NCBI GenBank assembly: GCA_963785725.1 | Contig: CAWAWS010000007.1 | Location: 160,001-224,000 of the forward strand | Origin: an uncultured delta proteobacterium | Lineage (GTDB): Bacteria > Myxococcota_A > Polyangia > Palsa-1104 | Length of the DNA stretch: 64,000 bases | Reading direction: 5' to 3' | Shown: positions 31,395-41,597 of the stretch, piece by piece | Layout of the letters: each line of letters starts with the position of its first letter | Position numbering within the stretch: position 1 is the stretch's first letter | Notes under the pieces: generated by a model | Seen by the model: the letters and a program-made list of their open reading frames with translations, nothing else | Told to the model about the DNA's origin: nothing | The model's database searches: none | Program-made: the position numbers and the translations under genes

Positions 31395-32297
31395 TTAGCG
31401 GACGACTGCGCGGTCGCCGCCTTTGAGCTGCGCGGCTTTGACGGCGGCGTGGGCGTCGCGGATCAGACGAGAAAACGAGGGCGGCTTGCCCGGGCGCGGC
31501 GTCGCGATGCCGACGGAAGCCGTCAACATGAGCTCGACGCCGTTGGCGCGCAGGCGACAGTTGCGGATCTCGTTGACGACGCGCCGGCCGACCGCCTCGG
31601 CGCCGCGCAGATCGGTGTGCGGCAGGAACACGAGGAAGCGGCCGTCGCCGTAGCGCACCGCCAGATCGACGTCACGCACGGCGCCGCGGATGAACGGCTC
31701 GCACGCCTGCGCCATCTCCGCCGTCACTTCGCGCGCCTTCGGCAGCGGATCGAGCGACACGACGCAGATCGCGATCGGGTAGCCGTGCCGCCGCGCCCGC
31801 CGAATCTCCAGCGGCAGCAGCGTCTTGAACAGATCGATGTGCAGCATCCCCGACGTCGAGTCGTAGCGCTTGACGCCGCTGACGTCGGCCAGCGCCTGCT
31901 CGGCGCGCAGCGCCCGATCGCGCAACAGCCGCGCGTTGGCGACGGCGTAAAGCGCGACGCTGAGCGTCTCCTTCTTGTACGGCCGGACAATGAACGCGTC
32001 GGCGCCGACCTGATGCGCGATCGTCTGCGGACGCGCTTGCCGCGTCGACAAGGAGGCCACGAACGGAATCCCCATCGTGCGCAGCCGCGGATAGATCTCG
32101 AGCGCCGCCGGATGGGCCGCGATGACCGCCGCCGTGCCGTCGATGAGCGCGTGCGCTTCGAACGCGTCCGACGCCAGCCGCGGCTCCAGCCCCAGCGATT
32201 CGAGCACGCCGGCGCCCTTGTCGCGCGACGCCTTCGTCGGATCGATCAACAGCACCGCCCGCGGCATGATCGGCGGCTCGGCATCCTTCTCGGCCAT
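31395..32297 (-). CDS. Pseudo-receiver + degenerate GGDEF protein
   Basis: EIRRARRHG, RDVD I-site, RYGDGRF in place of RxGGDEF, TASVGIA, KLKGGDR. Confidence 0.85.
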   Translation of the reverse strand: MAEKDAEPPIMPRAVLLIDPTKASRDKGAGVLESLGLEPRLASDAFEAHALIDGTAAVIAAHPAALEIYPRLRTMGIPFVASLSTRQARPQTIAHQVGADAFIVRPYKKETLSVALYAVANARLLRDRALRAEQALADVSGVKRYDSTSGMLHIDLFKTLLPLEIRRARRHGYPIAICVVSLDPLPKAREVTAEMAQACEPFIRGAVRDVDLAVRYGDGRFLVFLPHTDLRGAEAVGRRVVNEIRNCRLRANGVELMLTASVGIATPRPGKPPSFSRLIRDAHAAVKAAQLKGGDRAVVR

Positions 32298-32369
32298 CTA
32301 AACCAGGTCTCCCGGCTGCATTGCGCGCGCGCCCTCGACCGTCATGTCTCCCGACCCACGCACCATGGT

Positions 32370-33860
32370 TTAGTCGTCGGCTCCTTCGCGCTCGATCGAT
32401 TGTACACGGCAGTCGAGCCGTCCGTGCAGAAGCTTCACTTCGAGCCTGTCGCCGGGCTGCGTTTGCGCCGCGTCCGTCACCACCGTACCGTCGGGGAGCC
32501 GCGCGATCGCATAGCCGCGCTGGAGCACCGCCAGCGGCGACAGGGCGTGTAATTTTCCGGCGGCGAGCGCGAACAGTCGTTTGCGGTTGTCGACGCCCTG
32601 TTGCAGCCGCTGCACGAGCCGCTGTTGCAGCTGCGTCAGCTGACTCCGCTTTTGCGTCAGCAGCGACGGCAGCTGTTGCCGCACGCGCCGCTCCAGCTGC
32701 TCCAGCGCCATGCGGTCCCGATGCAGCCGCGCCCGCGGATGCAGGCCGGCCATGCGCCGGGCGCCGTCGTCGAGCAGGCGCCGACGCCGCGCCAGCTGCT
32801 GCTTGAGCGCCTGGTGCGCGCGATTGAGCTCGCTGTCGAGCTTGAGGCGCGACTCGGCCACCAGCCGCTTGCCGTCGCGCATGAGCCGCTTGGTACACTC
32901 GTCGAGCCGCTGCTGCAGCTCACCCAAGTGCGGCACCACCAGATCGGCCGCGCCCGACGGCGTCGGCGCGCGCGCATCGGCGACGAAGTCGGCGATCGTG
33001 AAGTCGACCTCGTGCCCGACGGCGCTCACGACCGGCACGGCACAGGCGGCGATGGCGCGCGCCAAGGCCTCGTCGTTGAACGCCGCCAAATCCTCGGCCG
33101 AACCGCCGCCGCGCGCGATGACGACGACGTCGACATAACGCTCGACCCGCTTGAGCGCGCGCACGATGTCCGCCGCCGCCGCGTCGCCTTGCACGAGACA
33201 GGGCGACACCAAAAAGCGCGCCCGCCCGCGCCGCTCGCCGATGCGCAGCAGATCGCGCACCGCCGCGCCCGTCGGTGACGTGACGACGCCGATGCGCCGT
33301 GGCCACTTCGGCAGCGGCCGCTTGCGCGCCGGATCGAACAAGCCTTCGGCCGCCAGCTTCTTCTTGAGCTGCTCGAACGCCAGCTGCAGCGCGCCCAAAC
33401 CGGCCGGCTCCAAGCCTTCGACGTAGAGCTGGAACTTGCCTTGCGCCTCGAAGATCGAGCAGCGACCGCGCGCGCGCACGACCAAGCCGTCATGCGGCGC
33501 GAACTTCAGCCGCTCCGCCGCCGAGCGAAACATCACCGCCGGCAGCTGCGCCTCGGCGTCCTTGAGCGTGAAGTACAGATGACCCGAGCGCGGCGCCGAG
33601 TAGTTCGAAATCTCGCCTTCGACGGCGATCATGCCGAAGCGGCCCTCGACGGTGCGCGCGACCCCGCGCACGAGATCGCTCACGCTGAAGACGCGCGGCT
33701 CTACGCGTTCGACCGCTTTGTCGGCGGGGATTGGCGGCGGCGCGTCGGGAAAGCGCACCGGCTTCGGATCGGCGCGCTGCGGCGTCTGCAGCACCTCGGG
33801 CGCGCGCCGCGTCGGTCCGAAGTCGAACGCGCCCTGATCAGGTGGCTGCTTGGACGGCAT
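32370..33860 (-). CDS. xseA: Exodeoxyribonuclease VII large subunit
   Basis: GEISN, SGHLYFTLKD, TSPTGAAVRD, RGGGSAEDL, GHEVD, PTPS, LQRGY. Confidence 0.97.
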   Translation of the reverse strand: MPSKQPPDQGAFDFGPTRRAPEVLQTPQRADPKPVRFPDAPPPIPADKAVERVEPRVFSVSDLVRGVARTVEGRFGMIAVEGEISNYSAPRSGHLYFTLKDAEAQLPAVMFRSAAERLKFAPHDGLVVRARGRCSIFEAQGKFQLYVEGLEPAGLGALQLAFEQLKKKLAAEGLFDPARKRPLPKWPRRIGVVTSPTGAAVRDLLRIGERRGRARFLVSPCLVQGDAAAADIVRALKRVERYVDVVVIARGGGSAEDLAAFNDEALARAIAACAVPVVSAVGHEVDFTIADFVADARAPTPSGAADLVVPHLGELQQRLDECTKRLMRDGKRLVAESRLKLDSELNRAHQALKQQLARRRRLLDDGARRMAGLHPRARLHRDRMALEQLERRVRQQLPSLLTQKRSQLTQLQQRLVQRLQQGVDNRKRLFALAAGKLHALSPLAVLQRGYAIARLPDGTVVTDAAQTQPGDRLEVKLLHGRLDCRVQSIEREGADD

Positions 33861-34911
33861 GCACCACGAAGTCTCCGCACGCCGTCGTCGACAGCTCGCC
33901 GCCGAGATCGCGCGTCGTCTTCCGCTCGGTCACCGCGCGCGCCACCGCCGCTTGCACGCGCGTCGCCGCCGCCGGCTCGCCCAAGTGCTCGAGCATCAGC
34001 GCCATCGACGAGATCGCGCCCAGCGGATTGGCGATGCCTTTGCCCGCGATGTCGGGCGCCGATCCGTGCACCGGCTCGAACAGCGAGCAGCGTCCGGGAT
34101 GAATGTTGCCCGACGCCGCCAAGCCCAAGCCGCCGACGATCGCCGCGCCCAAGTCGGTCAGGATGTCGCCGAACATGTTCGAGGTCACGAGCACGTCGAA
34201 GCGCTCGGGCGCGCGCACCATCTCCATCGCCGCGACGTCGACGTACAAATGGCTCGACTCGACGTCGGCGTACTCTTTTTGCAGCTCTTTGAAGCAGCGC
34301 TGCCACAAGCCGTGCGCGTAGGGCAGCGCGTTGGCTTTGTCCGACATGCACAGCTTCTTCCGTCGCTGTCGCGCGGCCACGAACGCCGCCCGCAAGATGC
34401 GCTCGACGCCCTTGCGCGTGTTGACGTCCTCGTTGATGGCGATCTCGTCGGCGGTGCCCTTCTTGAAGTTGCCGCCGACGCCCGCGTACAAACCCTCGGT
34501 GTTCTCGCGGAACACGAGCATGTCGATGTCGCTCAGCTTCTTGTGCTTGAGCGGCGTCAGCGACTCGGCGAGCAGCTTCACCGGCCGCAGGTTGATGTAG
34601 AGATCGAGCTGAAAGCGCAGCCCGAGCAGGATGTCGCGCGCGTGGACCTGCTCGGGAACGCGCGGATCGCCGAGCGCGCCGAACAAGATCGCGCCGTAAT
34701 GGTCGCGCAGATCTTCCATACCGCCGGCGGGCAGCGTCGTCTTGTCCTTGAGCCAGCGCTCGGCGCCCCAATCGAAGTGCGTCAGCTCGACCGGCTTCGT
34801 CAGCGCCGGCTTGACCGCCGTCAGCACTTTGACCGCCTCTTGCGTGACCTCGACGCCGATGCCGTCCCCGGGAATGACCGCGATGCGATGCGACTGCGAG
34901 CTCGAGCTCAT
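33838..34911 (-). CDS. leuB: 3-isopropylmalate dehydrogenase (isocitrate/isopropylmalate/tartrate family)
   Basis: GDGIGVEV, RENTEG, DKAN, NMFGDILTD, EPVHGSAPDIAGKG; substrate not certain. Confidence 0.8.
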   Translation of the reverse strand: MSSSSQSHRIAVIPGDGIGVEVTQEAVKVLTAVKPALTKPVELTHFDWGAERWLKDKTTLPAGGMEDLRDHYGAILFGALGDPRVPEQVHARDILLGLRFQLDLYINLRPVKLLAESLTPLKHKKLSDIDMLVFRENTEGLYAGVGGNFKKGTADEIAINEDVNTRKGVERILRAAFVAARQRRKKLCMSDKANALPYAHGLWQRCFKELQKEYADVESSHLYVDVAAMEMVRAPERFDVLVTSNMFGDILTDLGAAIVGGLGLAASGNIHPGRCSLFEPVHGSAPDIAGKGIANPLGAISSMALMLEHLGEPAAATRVQAAVARAVTERKTTRDLGGELSTTACGDFVVHAVQAAT

Positions 34912-35477
34912 GGGCTGTCTGCTTTCTGATAGAGGGCGGCGTTGTCGCGCACGGTCTTGACGGCGTGGCTGGCTTTGTCGCGCTCGAGCGACCACTCAGC
35001 GGCGAGCTCGCTGAAGCCCCAGGTGCCGTTGCCGTTGCGGTGGAACCGAAAAGGCATGCCGTCGGCGCGCGCGACGTAGACATCGTCGGCGGCCATGACT
35101 TTGGTCTTCACTTGGCCCGACACCGAGCCGAGCCGCCGGCGCAGCGACTCGACGGTGTGGCGATCTTGGTTCACGCGCACGAAATAGCGCGTCACATCCG
35201 CCTCTTCGGCGAAGCTGAGGCGCGCCAGCTCCTTCTTGGCCTCGGCTTCGGGATATTTGGCGGCGATGATCGTGCGCATGAGGCGCTGATCGTGCAGCGT
35301 CGACTCGATGGCCCAGCGCGTCGGCTGATCGAGCAGCGCGTAAAACGCCGCCGCATTGCCGCCCGCAACCGCCGGTTCGAGCAGCAAAAAGGCCGCTTCC
35401 GGCGTTTTCGGCCCGCGGTGACAGCCGCCGAAGGCCAACAGGAGCGCTATTCCGGCGGAAGCTGAGATCGCGCGCAT
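34908..35477 (-). CDS. Hypothetical lipoprotein
   Basis: Signal ending FGGC; ATGA overlap with leuB-like gene. Confidence 0.7.
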   Translation of the reverse strand: MRAISASAGIALLLAFGGCHRGPKTPEAAFLLLEPAVAGGNAAAFYALLDQPTRWAIESTLHDQRLMRTIIAAKYPEAEAKKELARLSFAEEADVTRYFVRVNQDRHTVESLRRRLGSVSGQVKTKVMAADDVYVARADGMPFRFHRNGNGTWGFSELAAEWSLERDKASHAVKTVRDNAALYQKADSP

Positions 35478-35568
35478 GTCATCAGCGCTAGCAAACGCAA
35501 CCGCCGTCGTCAACGGAACTTCCGGCCTGAACCGTTGTCGATCGATATGCTACTTTTGGTAGGAGACG

Positions 35569-36630
35569 ATGTCCGACGAGACCTCCGCGACGCCCGACGC
35601 TGACGAATTCAGCGCTTTGCCGACGGCGACGCGCCCGAAAAGCCCGCTCTTGGCCGTGGCCGTGGTCGCATTGGCGGCCATCGTCTGCTGGCACCTGCGC
35701 CGCGACGTCGCCTACGCCTTCGTCGCCAAGACCGCCGTCGACTTGGGCGACGCGCGCACCTTGACCGCGCGCGGCGTCACGCTCGACGACAACCGCTACG
35801 TCACCGTCGCCGGCCAGGCCGAGCGCCGCTACGCGTTGTACTTGGAGCCGCACGGCACCGAGGCGCGCCAGAGCTTCTTCCGCCTCTTCGGCACCGGCAC
35901 GCGCCTGTTCGTCCGCGCCAACGACAACATGGGCCGGCAAGACGTCACCGAGCGCTGGACCGGCCGCTTGCGCCGCTTCGACGAGCTGCCGTTCGCGCAA
36001 TCGCTGCGCGACTACTACGGCAAAGAGACCGAGGTCACGCGCTATCTCGCCCTCGACAGCGTCAAGGCGGCGCTTTCCGGCGGCAGCAACGAGCTCGTCG
36101 ACCGCGTGGGCGCGTCGTTGACGTTGCCGCTCGAGGCCCAGCTCGTCGTCGACGTGGCGCATCCGGGGCAGCTGCAGGTGTGGCTGTCGAAGGACAAGTA
36201 TCCGACGCTGATCGACGCGCGCCACGATCTCGAGCGCCTGCAGCTCTCGCCGTCGACGGGCACGGACGAGAAGGACGAGTTCTCGTTCATCGTGCCCATG
36301 CCCGACGCGAAGAAGAACGAGATCATCGGCAAGCTGTCCGACGCCGGCTTTCAGTTTCAGCCCTATCGCCAGCGGCTGACGTCGGCGCGCGGGCAGCTCA
36401 AGCTCGACGGTGACACGCTCGCCGTCGGCGCCGACGCGCACGTGCCGTGGGCCGACGTCGAGGCGATCGGCCTGCCCGCGCCCATCACGATCGGCGCCGA
36501 CGCGTTCGTGCTCAGCGAGGGTGACAGCCCGGCCGCGTATTGGTGGGCGCCACTTTTGTGCGCGCTGCTCGTGGCTTTCGCGGCGTTCAACTTATGGTAC
36601 CTTCTGCGGGCGCTGCGCGCGCCCGCATGA
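35569..36630 (+). CDS. Hypothetical protein with N- and C-terminal TM helices
   Basis: SD AGGAG; two TM segments; ATGA-coupled to cysS. Confidence 0.75.
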   Translation: MSDETSATPDADEFSALPTATRPKSPLLAVAVVALAAIVCWHLRRDVAYAFVAKTAVDLGDARTLTARGVTLDDNRYVTVAGQAERRYALYLEPHGTEARQSFFRLFGTGTRLFVRANDNMGRQDVTERWTGRLRRFDELPFAQSLRDYYGKETEVTRYLALDSVKAALSGGSNELVDRVGASLTLPLEAQLVVDVAHPGQLQVWLSKDKYPTLIDARHDLERLQLSPSTGTDEKDEFSFIVPMPDAKKNEIIGKLSDAGFQFQPYRQRLTSARGQLKLDGDTLAVGADAHVPWADVEAIGLPAPITIGADAFVLSEGDSPAAYWWAPLLCALLVAFAAFNLWYLLRALRAPA

Positions 36631-38159
36631 CCATCCGCATCCACGACACGCTGACGCGAAAGAAAGTCGACTTCCAACCTCTCACGCCGGGCAAGGTCGG
36701 GCTCTACGTCTGCGGCCCGACCGTGTACGACTTCCTGCACGTCGGGAACGCGCGGCCGGTCGTCGCCTACGATGTCGTCTTTCGGCATCTGCGCGCGCGC
36801 GGCTTCGACGTCCGCTACGTCCGCAACATCACCGACGTCGACGACAAGATCATCGAGCGCGCGCACGAGCTGAAGCAGCCGCCGGGCGAGCTGACCGCGC
36901 GCTTCATCGACGAGTTCCACCGCGACGTGAGCGCGCTCTGCTGCCTGTCGCCGACCGTCGAGCCGCGCGTCACCGACAGCATCGGCGGCATCGTCGCGCT
37001 GTGCCAAAAGCTCGTCGACAAAGGCGTCGCTTACGAGGCGCAGGGCGACGTCTACTTCAGCGTCAGCGACTATCCGGCCTACGGCGGCCTGTCGCAGCAG
37101 CCGCTCGATCAGCTGGAATCGGGCACGCGCGGCGAGCTCGACGTGCACAAGAAGCGCCGTCCGCTCGATTTCGCGCTGTGGAAGGCGGCCAAGCCGGGCG
37201 AGCCGTCGTGGCCGTCGCCGTGGGGTCCCGGTCGTCCCGGCTGGCACATCGAGTGCTCGGCGATGGCCGAGGAGCACTTGGGCGCGACGTTCGATCTGCA
37301 CGGCGGCGGCGTCGATCTCATCTTCCCGCACCACGAGAACGAGCGCGCGCAATCGCAGGGTGCGCACGGCGATTCGTCGTTCGCGCGCATCTGGATGCAC
37401 AACGGCTTCGTCAACTTCGGCGGCAAGAAGATGTCGAAGTCGGACACCAAGAACGACCCGAAGCTGCGGGTGCTGTTCAAGCGCGCCTTCACGATGCGGC
37501 TGGTCATCGAGCGTCACGGCGGCGAAGCGCTGCGCCTGTTCCTCTTGACGACGCACTATCGCCATCCGATCGCCTACGACGTCGTCGTCGACGGCGAGGA
37601 CATCACGACGGCGCCGATTCGCCTGCCCGGCCTCGAGGAGGCCGAACGCCGCCTCGAATACGCCTATTTGACGCTGGAGCGGCTGCGCGAGCAGCTCGCC
37701 GTCGGCAAGCCCGCCGGTGACGGCGCGGTCGCGCCCGAGGCCGAACAGTGGCTGCACGAGCTGCAGACCGCGCTCGACGACGACTTCAACAGCGCCGGCG
37801 CGCTCGCCGCCTGGCAAGAGGCGCTCGGCCTCGCCAACCGCATCCTCGACGGCAAATTAGAGGCGCCCAAAGACGTCAAGCGGCGCACGCTCGAACGGCT
37901 CGACCGCGACCTGCGCGTCGCCTCCGACGAGCTCGGCCTCGGCACCGCCGACCCGCGCGCCTGGCTCGACGAGCACCGCGCCCGTCGCTGCCTCGCGCTC
38001 GCCATCGACGCCGCCGAAGTCGAGACGCTCATCGCCAAGCGCAACGAAGCGCGCAAAGACAAGCGCTTCGCCGAGTCCGACGCCTTGCGCGCCGATCTGG
38101 CCGCTCGCGGCGTCGAGATCATGGACACGCCCAAAGGCACCCGCTGGCGCCTGTCGTAG
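36627..38159 (+). CDS. cysS: Cysteine--tRNA ligase
   Basis: YVCGPTVY, HVGN, NITDVDDKII, GRPGWHIECSAM, FPHHENE, KMSKS. Confidence 0.98.
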   Translation: MTIRIHDTLTRKKVDFQPLTPGKVGLYVCGPTVYDFLHVGNARPVVAYDVVFRHLRARGFDVRYVRNITDVDDKIIERAHELKQPPGELTARFIDEFHRDVSALCCLSPTVEPRVTDSIGGIVALCQKLVDKGVAYEAQGDVYFSVSDYPAYGGLSQQPLDQLESGTRGELDVHKKRRPLDFALWKAAKPGEPSWPSPWGPGRPGWHIECSAMAEEHLGATFDLHGGGVDLIFPHHENERAQSQGAHGDSSFARIWMHNGFVNFGGKKMSKSDTKNDPKLRVLFKRAFTMRLVIERHGGEALRLFLLTTHYRHPIAYDVVVDGEDITTAPIRLPGLEEAERRLEYAYLTLERLREQLAVGKPAGDGAVAPEAEQWLHELQTALDDDFNSAGALAAWQEALGLANRILDGKLEAPKDVKRRTLERLDRDLRVASDELGLGTADPRAWLDEHRARRCLALAIDAAEVETLIAKRNEARKDKRFAESDALRADLAARGVEIMDTPKGTRWRLS

Positions 38160-38197
38160 CCCGCGCAGCGTCCGCGAAATCCCACTCGTTCTAGCGG

Positions 38198-38710
38198 TTA
38201 GCGATGCTCGAGGTCGGTGTCGTCTTTGCGCGCCATGTTGTCGTGCTTCTCGATGATCGGCAGCGTGCGGATCGCGAACTGCTTCAGATCGTCGTCCTTG
38301 CCGTTCTGCGTCTCGTCCTTGAACAGCTTGATTGTCTTGTCGTGATCGTCGGTCATCGCCTTCATGTACTGCTTGTCGAAGTCGTCACCCGACAGCGACA
38401 CGAGCTTGTCGTAGGCGCGCTGATGCTCGGCGTCGATCGTCGTCGGCAGCGCCATCGACTTCTGGCTCGCCAGCTTCTTCAGCTCCAGGTTGGCCGCGGT
38501 GTGATCGGCCACCATCTTGCGCGCGAACGTCTTCACCTCGGGCGAATCCGACTTCTCGGCCGCCAGCTTCGACAGCTTGACCTCGGCCATGCCGCCGGCC
38601 GCCGCCTTGTGCGCGAACTCGCTGTCGCGGTTGTCGCTATCGGCGAGCACGAGGGCGCCGCCGCTGAACGCGCCCAGCACGAACGCGATGATGAGACCTT
38701 TGCGCCGCAT
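38198..38710 (-). CDS. DUF4142-like exported protein
   Basis: AAAGGMAEVKLS, FARKMVADH, FDKQYM...DH, LPIIEKH. Confidence 0.85.
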   Translation of the reverse strand: MRRKGLIIAFVLGAFSGGALVLADSDNRDSEFAHKAAAGGMAEVKLSKLAAEKSDSPEVKTFARKMVADHTAANLELKKLASQKSMALPTTIDAEHQRAYDKLVSLSGDDFDKQYMKAMTDDHDKTIKLFKDETQNGKDDDLKQFAIRTLPIIEKHDNMARKDDTDLEHR

Positions 38711-38791
38711 GATTCCCTCCTCGATGGATGACCGAGGGGTGGTGCACGTCCCGTTCCGTTGCTGGCTGCCCGGTCGGCGAGCGAGCAGGCG

Positions 38792-39079
38792 TCAGTCGTC
38801 GCTGACGGACTGCGCGACCGCGGTGCCGGCCAGGATCGGCTGCAGTCGTCCCGCGCGGTCGAGCGCCGACAGCTCGCTGAAACCGCCGACCGGCACGCCG
38901 CCCAAGAAGATCTGCGGCACCGTGCGCTGTCCGGTCTTCTCGACGAGCCATTGGCGAACTTGCGCGTCGCTCGAGCAGTCGATCTCTTGGAATTCGGCGC
39001 CGCGCTCGCGCAGGAGCGACTTGGCCGCCGTGCAGTAGCCGCAATAATTCGTGGTGTAGATGCGTACGTCGATCGCCAT
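38792..39079 (-). CDS. grxC: Glutaredoxin 3
   Basis: CGYC, TVPQIF, GG motif. Confidence 0.92.
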   Translation of the reverse strand: MAIDVRIYTTNYCGYCTAAKSLLRERGAEFQEIDCSSDAQVRQWLVEKTGQRTVPQIFLGGVPVGGFSELSALDRAGRLQPILAGTAVAQSVSDD

Positions 39080-39094
39080 GACTCGAATGTAAGG

Positions 39095-40027
39095 TTACTT
39101 CTCGTTCAAGTCCTCGCTCAAGTAGGCCAAAATCACCTCATCGAGCGATTTTTCGCTGATTAGATCGCCACCGAAGATGTTGTCGTTGTTGTTGCCGCTG
39201 TTCGTCGGGGTCTTCGACGGCTGCGGTGCCGATTGTGACGCCATCGGCGACGGCGTGAAGCTGCGCTGCCGCGGCGCGGTGACGGCCGGGCGCGGCTGGG
39301 CGCTCTGATCGCCGACGATGACCGCCGGCCGCGCCACGACGACGCCTTCCGCCGTCGGCTTGCCACCGCCGTACGCGTGCGCGCCGGTCGGCGGCGCCGG
39401 ACGACGCCCGCCGATGCCGCTGACCGGCGGACGCGGCGGCGGCGGCACGGTGCCCGTCGTGCCCGCGCGCGACGCGGCGACCGGCACGGCCGGACGCGCC
39501 GGCGTCAGGTTCGGCCGCGACGGCGTGCGCAGCCCGACCGACGACGGCGGCGACGGCTGCCGCGTCGGCGGCGCCAGCGGCGGCCGCGGCGGCATGACCG
39601 GCTGCCGCGACGGGTCGGTCTTGGGCGCCGCCTGCGTCGCCGCGTGCCCGACGTCGGGCCCGGGCGGCTGCATCATCGACGGATCGGTCTTGGGCTCGGC
39701 GTCGAACTCGCCCGACAGCGGCCGCGAGTCGGCCGCGCTCTTGACGACCGGCGTGCCGAAGAAGCGCGCGATCTTGTCGTCGAACGCGCCCTGCTTGAGA
39801 TCGCGCAGCATCGCCTTGTGCTGCGCCTGCATCAGCTTCTGAACGACGCCGACTTCGCTCGTCGGATCGTAGTCGATCCGCTTGGTCGCCAAAATCGTGC
39901 CGTCGTGAAACAGGTGCGTGAAAATATGCGGGTTGCCGACGCCCGAATCTTCCGTCTGGACGTGCCACAGCCGCTCGGCATAGCGGACGTTGTGGTTGTA
40001 GCCGAGTACCGGACTGCGCGGTTTCAT
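39095..40027 (-). CDS. Myxobacterial-type protein, RomY-like (globular N-domain, Pro-rich linker, ordered C-terminal motif)
   Basis: GYNHNVRY...HVQTEDSG...HIFTHLF...MQAQHK; tail ISEKSLDEVILAYL; RomY identity is from recall. Confidence 0.6.
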   Translation of the reverse strand: MKPRSPVLGYNHNVRYAERLWHVQTEDSGVGNPHIFTHLFHDGTILATKRIDYDPTSEVGVVQKLMQAQHKAMLRDLKQGAFDDKIARFFGTPVVKSAADSRPLSGEFDAEPKTDPSMMQPPGPDVGHAATQAAPKTDPSRQPVMPPRPPLAPPTRQPSPPSSVGLRTPSRPNLTPARPAVPVAASRAGTTGTVPPPPRPPVSGIGGRRPAPPTGAHAYGGGKPTAEGVVVARPAVIVGDQSAQPRPAVTAPRQRSFTPSPMASQSAPQPSKTPTNSGNNNDNIFGGDLISEKSLDEVILAYLSEDLNEK

Positions 40028-40096
40028 ACTCGTTACTAAGTATAGCAGGCGCCTTCCAAACTTGAACATTTCTCGCCGAGCGGTTATGTCTGCGAC

Positions 40097-40675
40097 ATGG
40101 GCAAGGAGGCTGAGCGGTCGTTCCTGGAGAAGGTGACTGAGTATCTTCTGTCGCTTCCTTTCGATTTGAAGATCCTGCAAGAGGCGGTGACGGACCCCGA
40201 CCTCGAGCGCGGCGCCCGAGAAATCGCGGCCGGCGCCATCACGCACACGCTGGGACCGCAAGACGGCGACAGCCCGCTTCGCTTCGTGGATGACCTCTTG
40301 TTGGTGCGCGCGGCGCTCAAGCGCGTCGTGGCCGATGGCGGCGACGCGGCGAAGGATTTCGCGACCCGCTTCGACGCCGAGATCTACGGCAAGCTCGACG
40401 CCGATCTGGCGCTCTTCGCAGAAGTGCTCGGCGATCTGTGGCCCTGGCTGACGGGAAAGCTCGAGGCTTTCCGCAAGACGCCGTACAAGGGCAAGACGCC
40501 GCCGCAGTACGTGGACGATGACGAGGCCGCCTCGTTCCTTTACGACGAGGGCCTCGAGTTCCAGACCAACTACAACGTCACCGAGGACAAAGTGCGCAAC
40601 TCGGTGCGTCGCGTCGATGCCATCGTCGAGCTCTTGAACAAGAAGCGCGCCGAGGAAGCCAAGAAAAAATTATGA
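40097..40675 (+). CDS. Hypothetical helical protein (weak DUF1232/YkvA-like LRFVDDLLL motif)
   Basis: Protein-like composition; ATGA-coupled to next gene. Confidence 0.7.
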   Translation: MGKEAERSFLEKVTEYLLSLPFDLKILQEAVTDPDLERGAREIAAGAITHTLGPQDGDSPLRFVDDLLLVRAALKRVVADGGDAAKDFATRFDAEIYGKLDADLALFAEVLGDLWPWLTGKLEAFRKTPYKGKTPPQYVDDDEAASFLYDEGLEFQTNYNVTEDKVRNSVRRVDAIVELLNKKRAEEAKKKL

Positions 40676-41574
40676 AAAATATCGCCTTGATCTTAGGTCT
40701 CGTTGCCGTCGCCGGTTGCGGCTCCGGCGTCACCGGCAGCTCGGGCGCCGCCGCCTGCGCGACCGCGGCCACGTGCGGCATTCTCACCGGCGGCATCAGC
40801 CAGTGCACGCAGGAGATCGCGCAGGTCAACGATCCGACGGTCGCCGCCGACGTCAAGGTCGACGCCACGCAGGTCAACTGCATCGCCCGCGCGGGCGCCA
40901 ACTGCGCCGCGGCGCGCGCCTGCTTGAACGACGGCAAGGCGCCGACGTCGTGCACCGGCAACAGCCAGTCGTGTAGCGGCACCGTCTGGACCGCCTGCGA
41001 CGCCGTCACCGGCACCGGCGGCAACAACGGCACGCGCCAGTTCGATTGCGCGTCGTCGGACGAGCAGTGCGTCACCGGCAACGGCGTCATCGACTGCGGC
41101 GTCGGCACCTGCTCGCCCGCCGGCACGTCGTGCGACAAGAACATCCTCGCCACCTGCGGTCTCGACGGCATCGCGCGCAACACCGACTGCTCGAAGACCG
41201 CCTCCACCTGCGTGCTCACCGGCGTCGCGCCGCACTGCCGCGGCAACGGCCCGACCTGCACGAGCCCGAACATCGCGCAGAACGCGCTGCGCTGCGACGG
41301 CAAGGTGCTGGTGTCGTGCGTCGACGGCCAGGAAGCGCGTCAGGACTGCAGCCAGTTCAACCTCGGCTGCTTCCCGACGCCGACGGGCACGGTCAGCTCG
41401 TTCGGCTGCGCCCTCGGCTCCGACTGCAACGCCGCCAACGACACGGCGACGTGCGAAGGCAACGTCCTGCACTATTGCGACAACGGCAAGTTCGCCACGT
41501 TCAACTGCGGCAGCAACGGCTTCACCGGCTGCGACGCGACCAACGGCGGCCGCTGCACGACGAAGACGCCGTAA
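40672..41574 (+). CDS. Cys-rich lipoprotein
   Basis: Lipobox VAGC; repeated C-x-G-x-x-L-x-x-C-x-x-G units. Confidence 0.8.
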   Translation: MKNIALILGLVAVAGCGSGVTGSSGAAACATAATCGILTGGISQCTQEIAQVNDPTVAADVKVDATQVNCIARAGANCAAARACLNDGKAPTSCTGNSQSCSGTVWTACDAVTGTGGNNGTRQFDCASSDEQCVTGNGVIDCGVGTCSPAGTSCDKNILATCGLDGIARNTDCSKTASTCVLTGVAPHCRGNGPTCTSPNIAQNALRCDGKVLVSCVDGQEARQDCSQFNLGCFPTPTGTVSSFGCALGSDCNAANDTATCEGNVLHYCDNGKFATFNCGSNGFTGCDATNGGRCTTKTP

Positions 41575-41597
41575 CTTCGCTTCGCCTTCTTCTCCCC

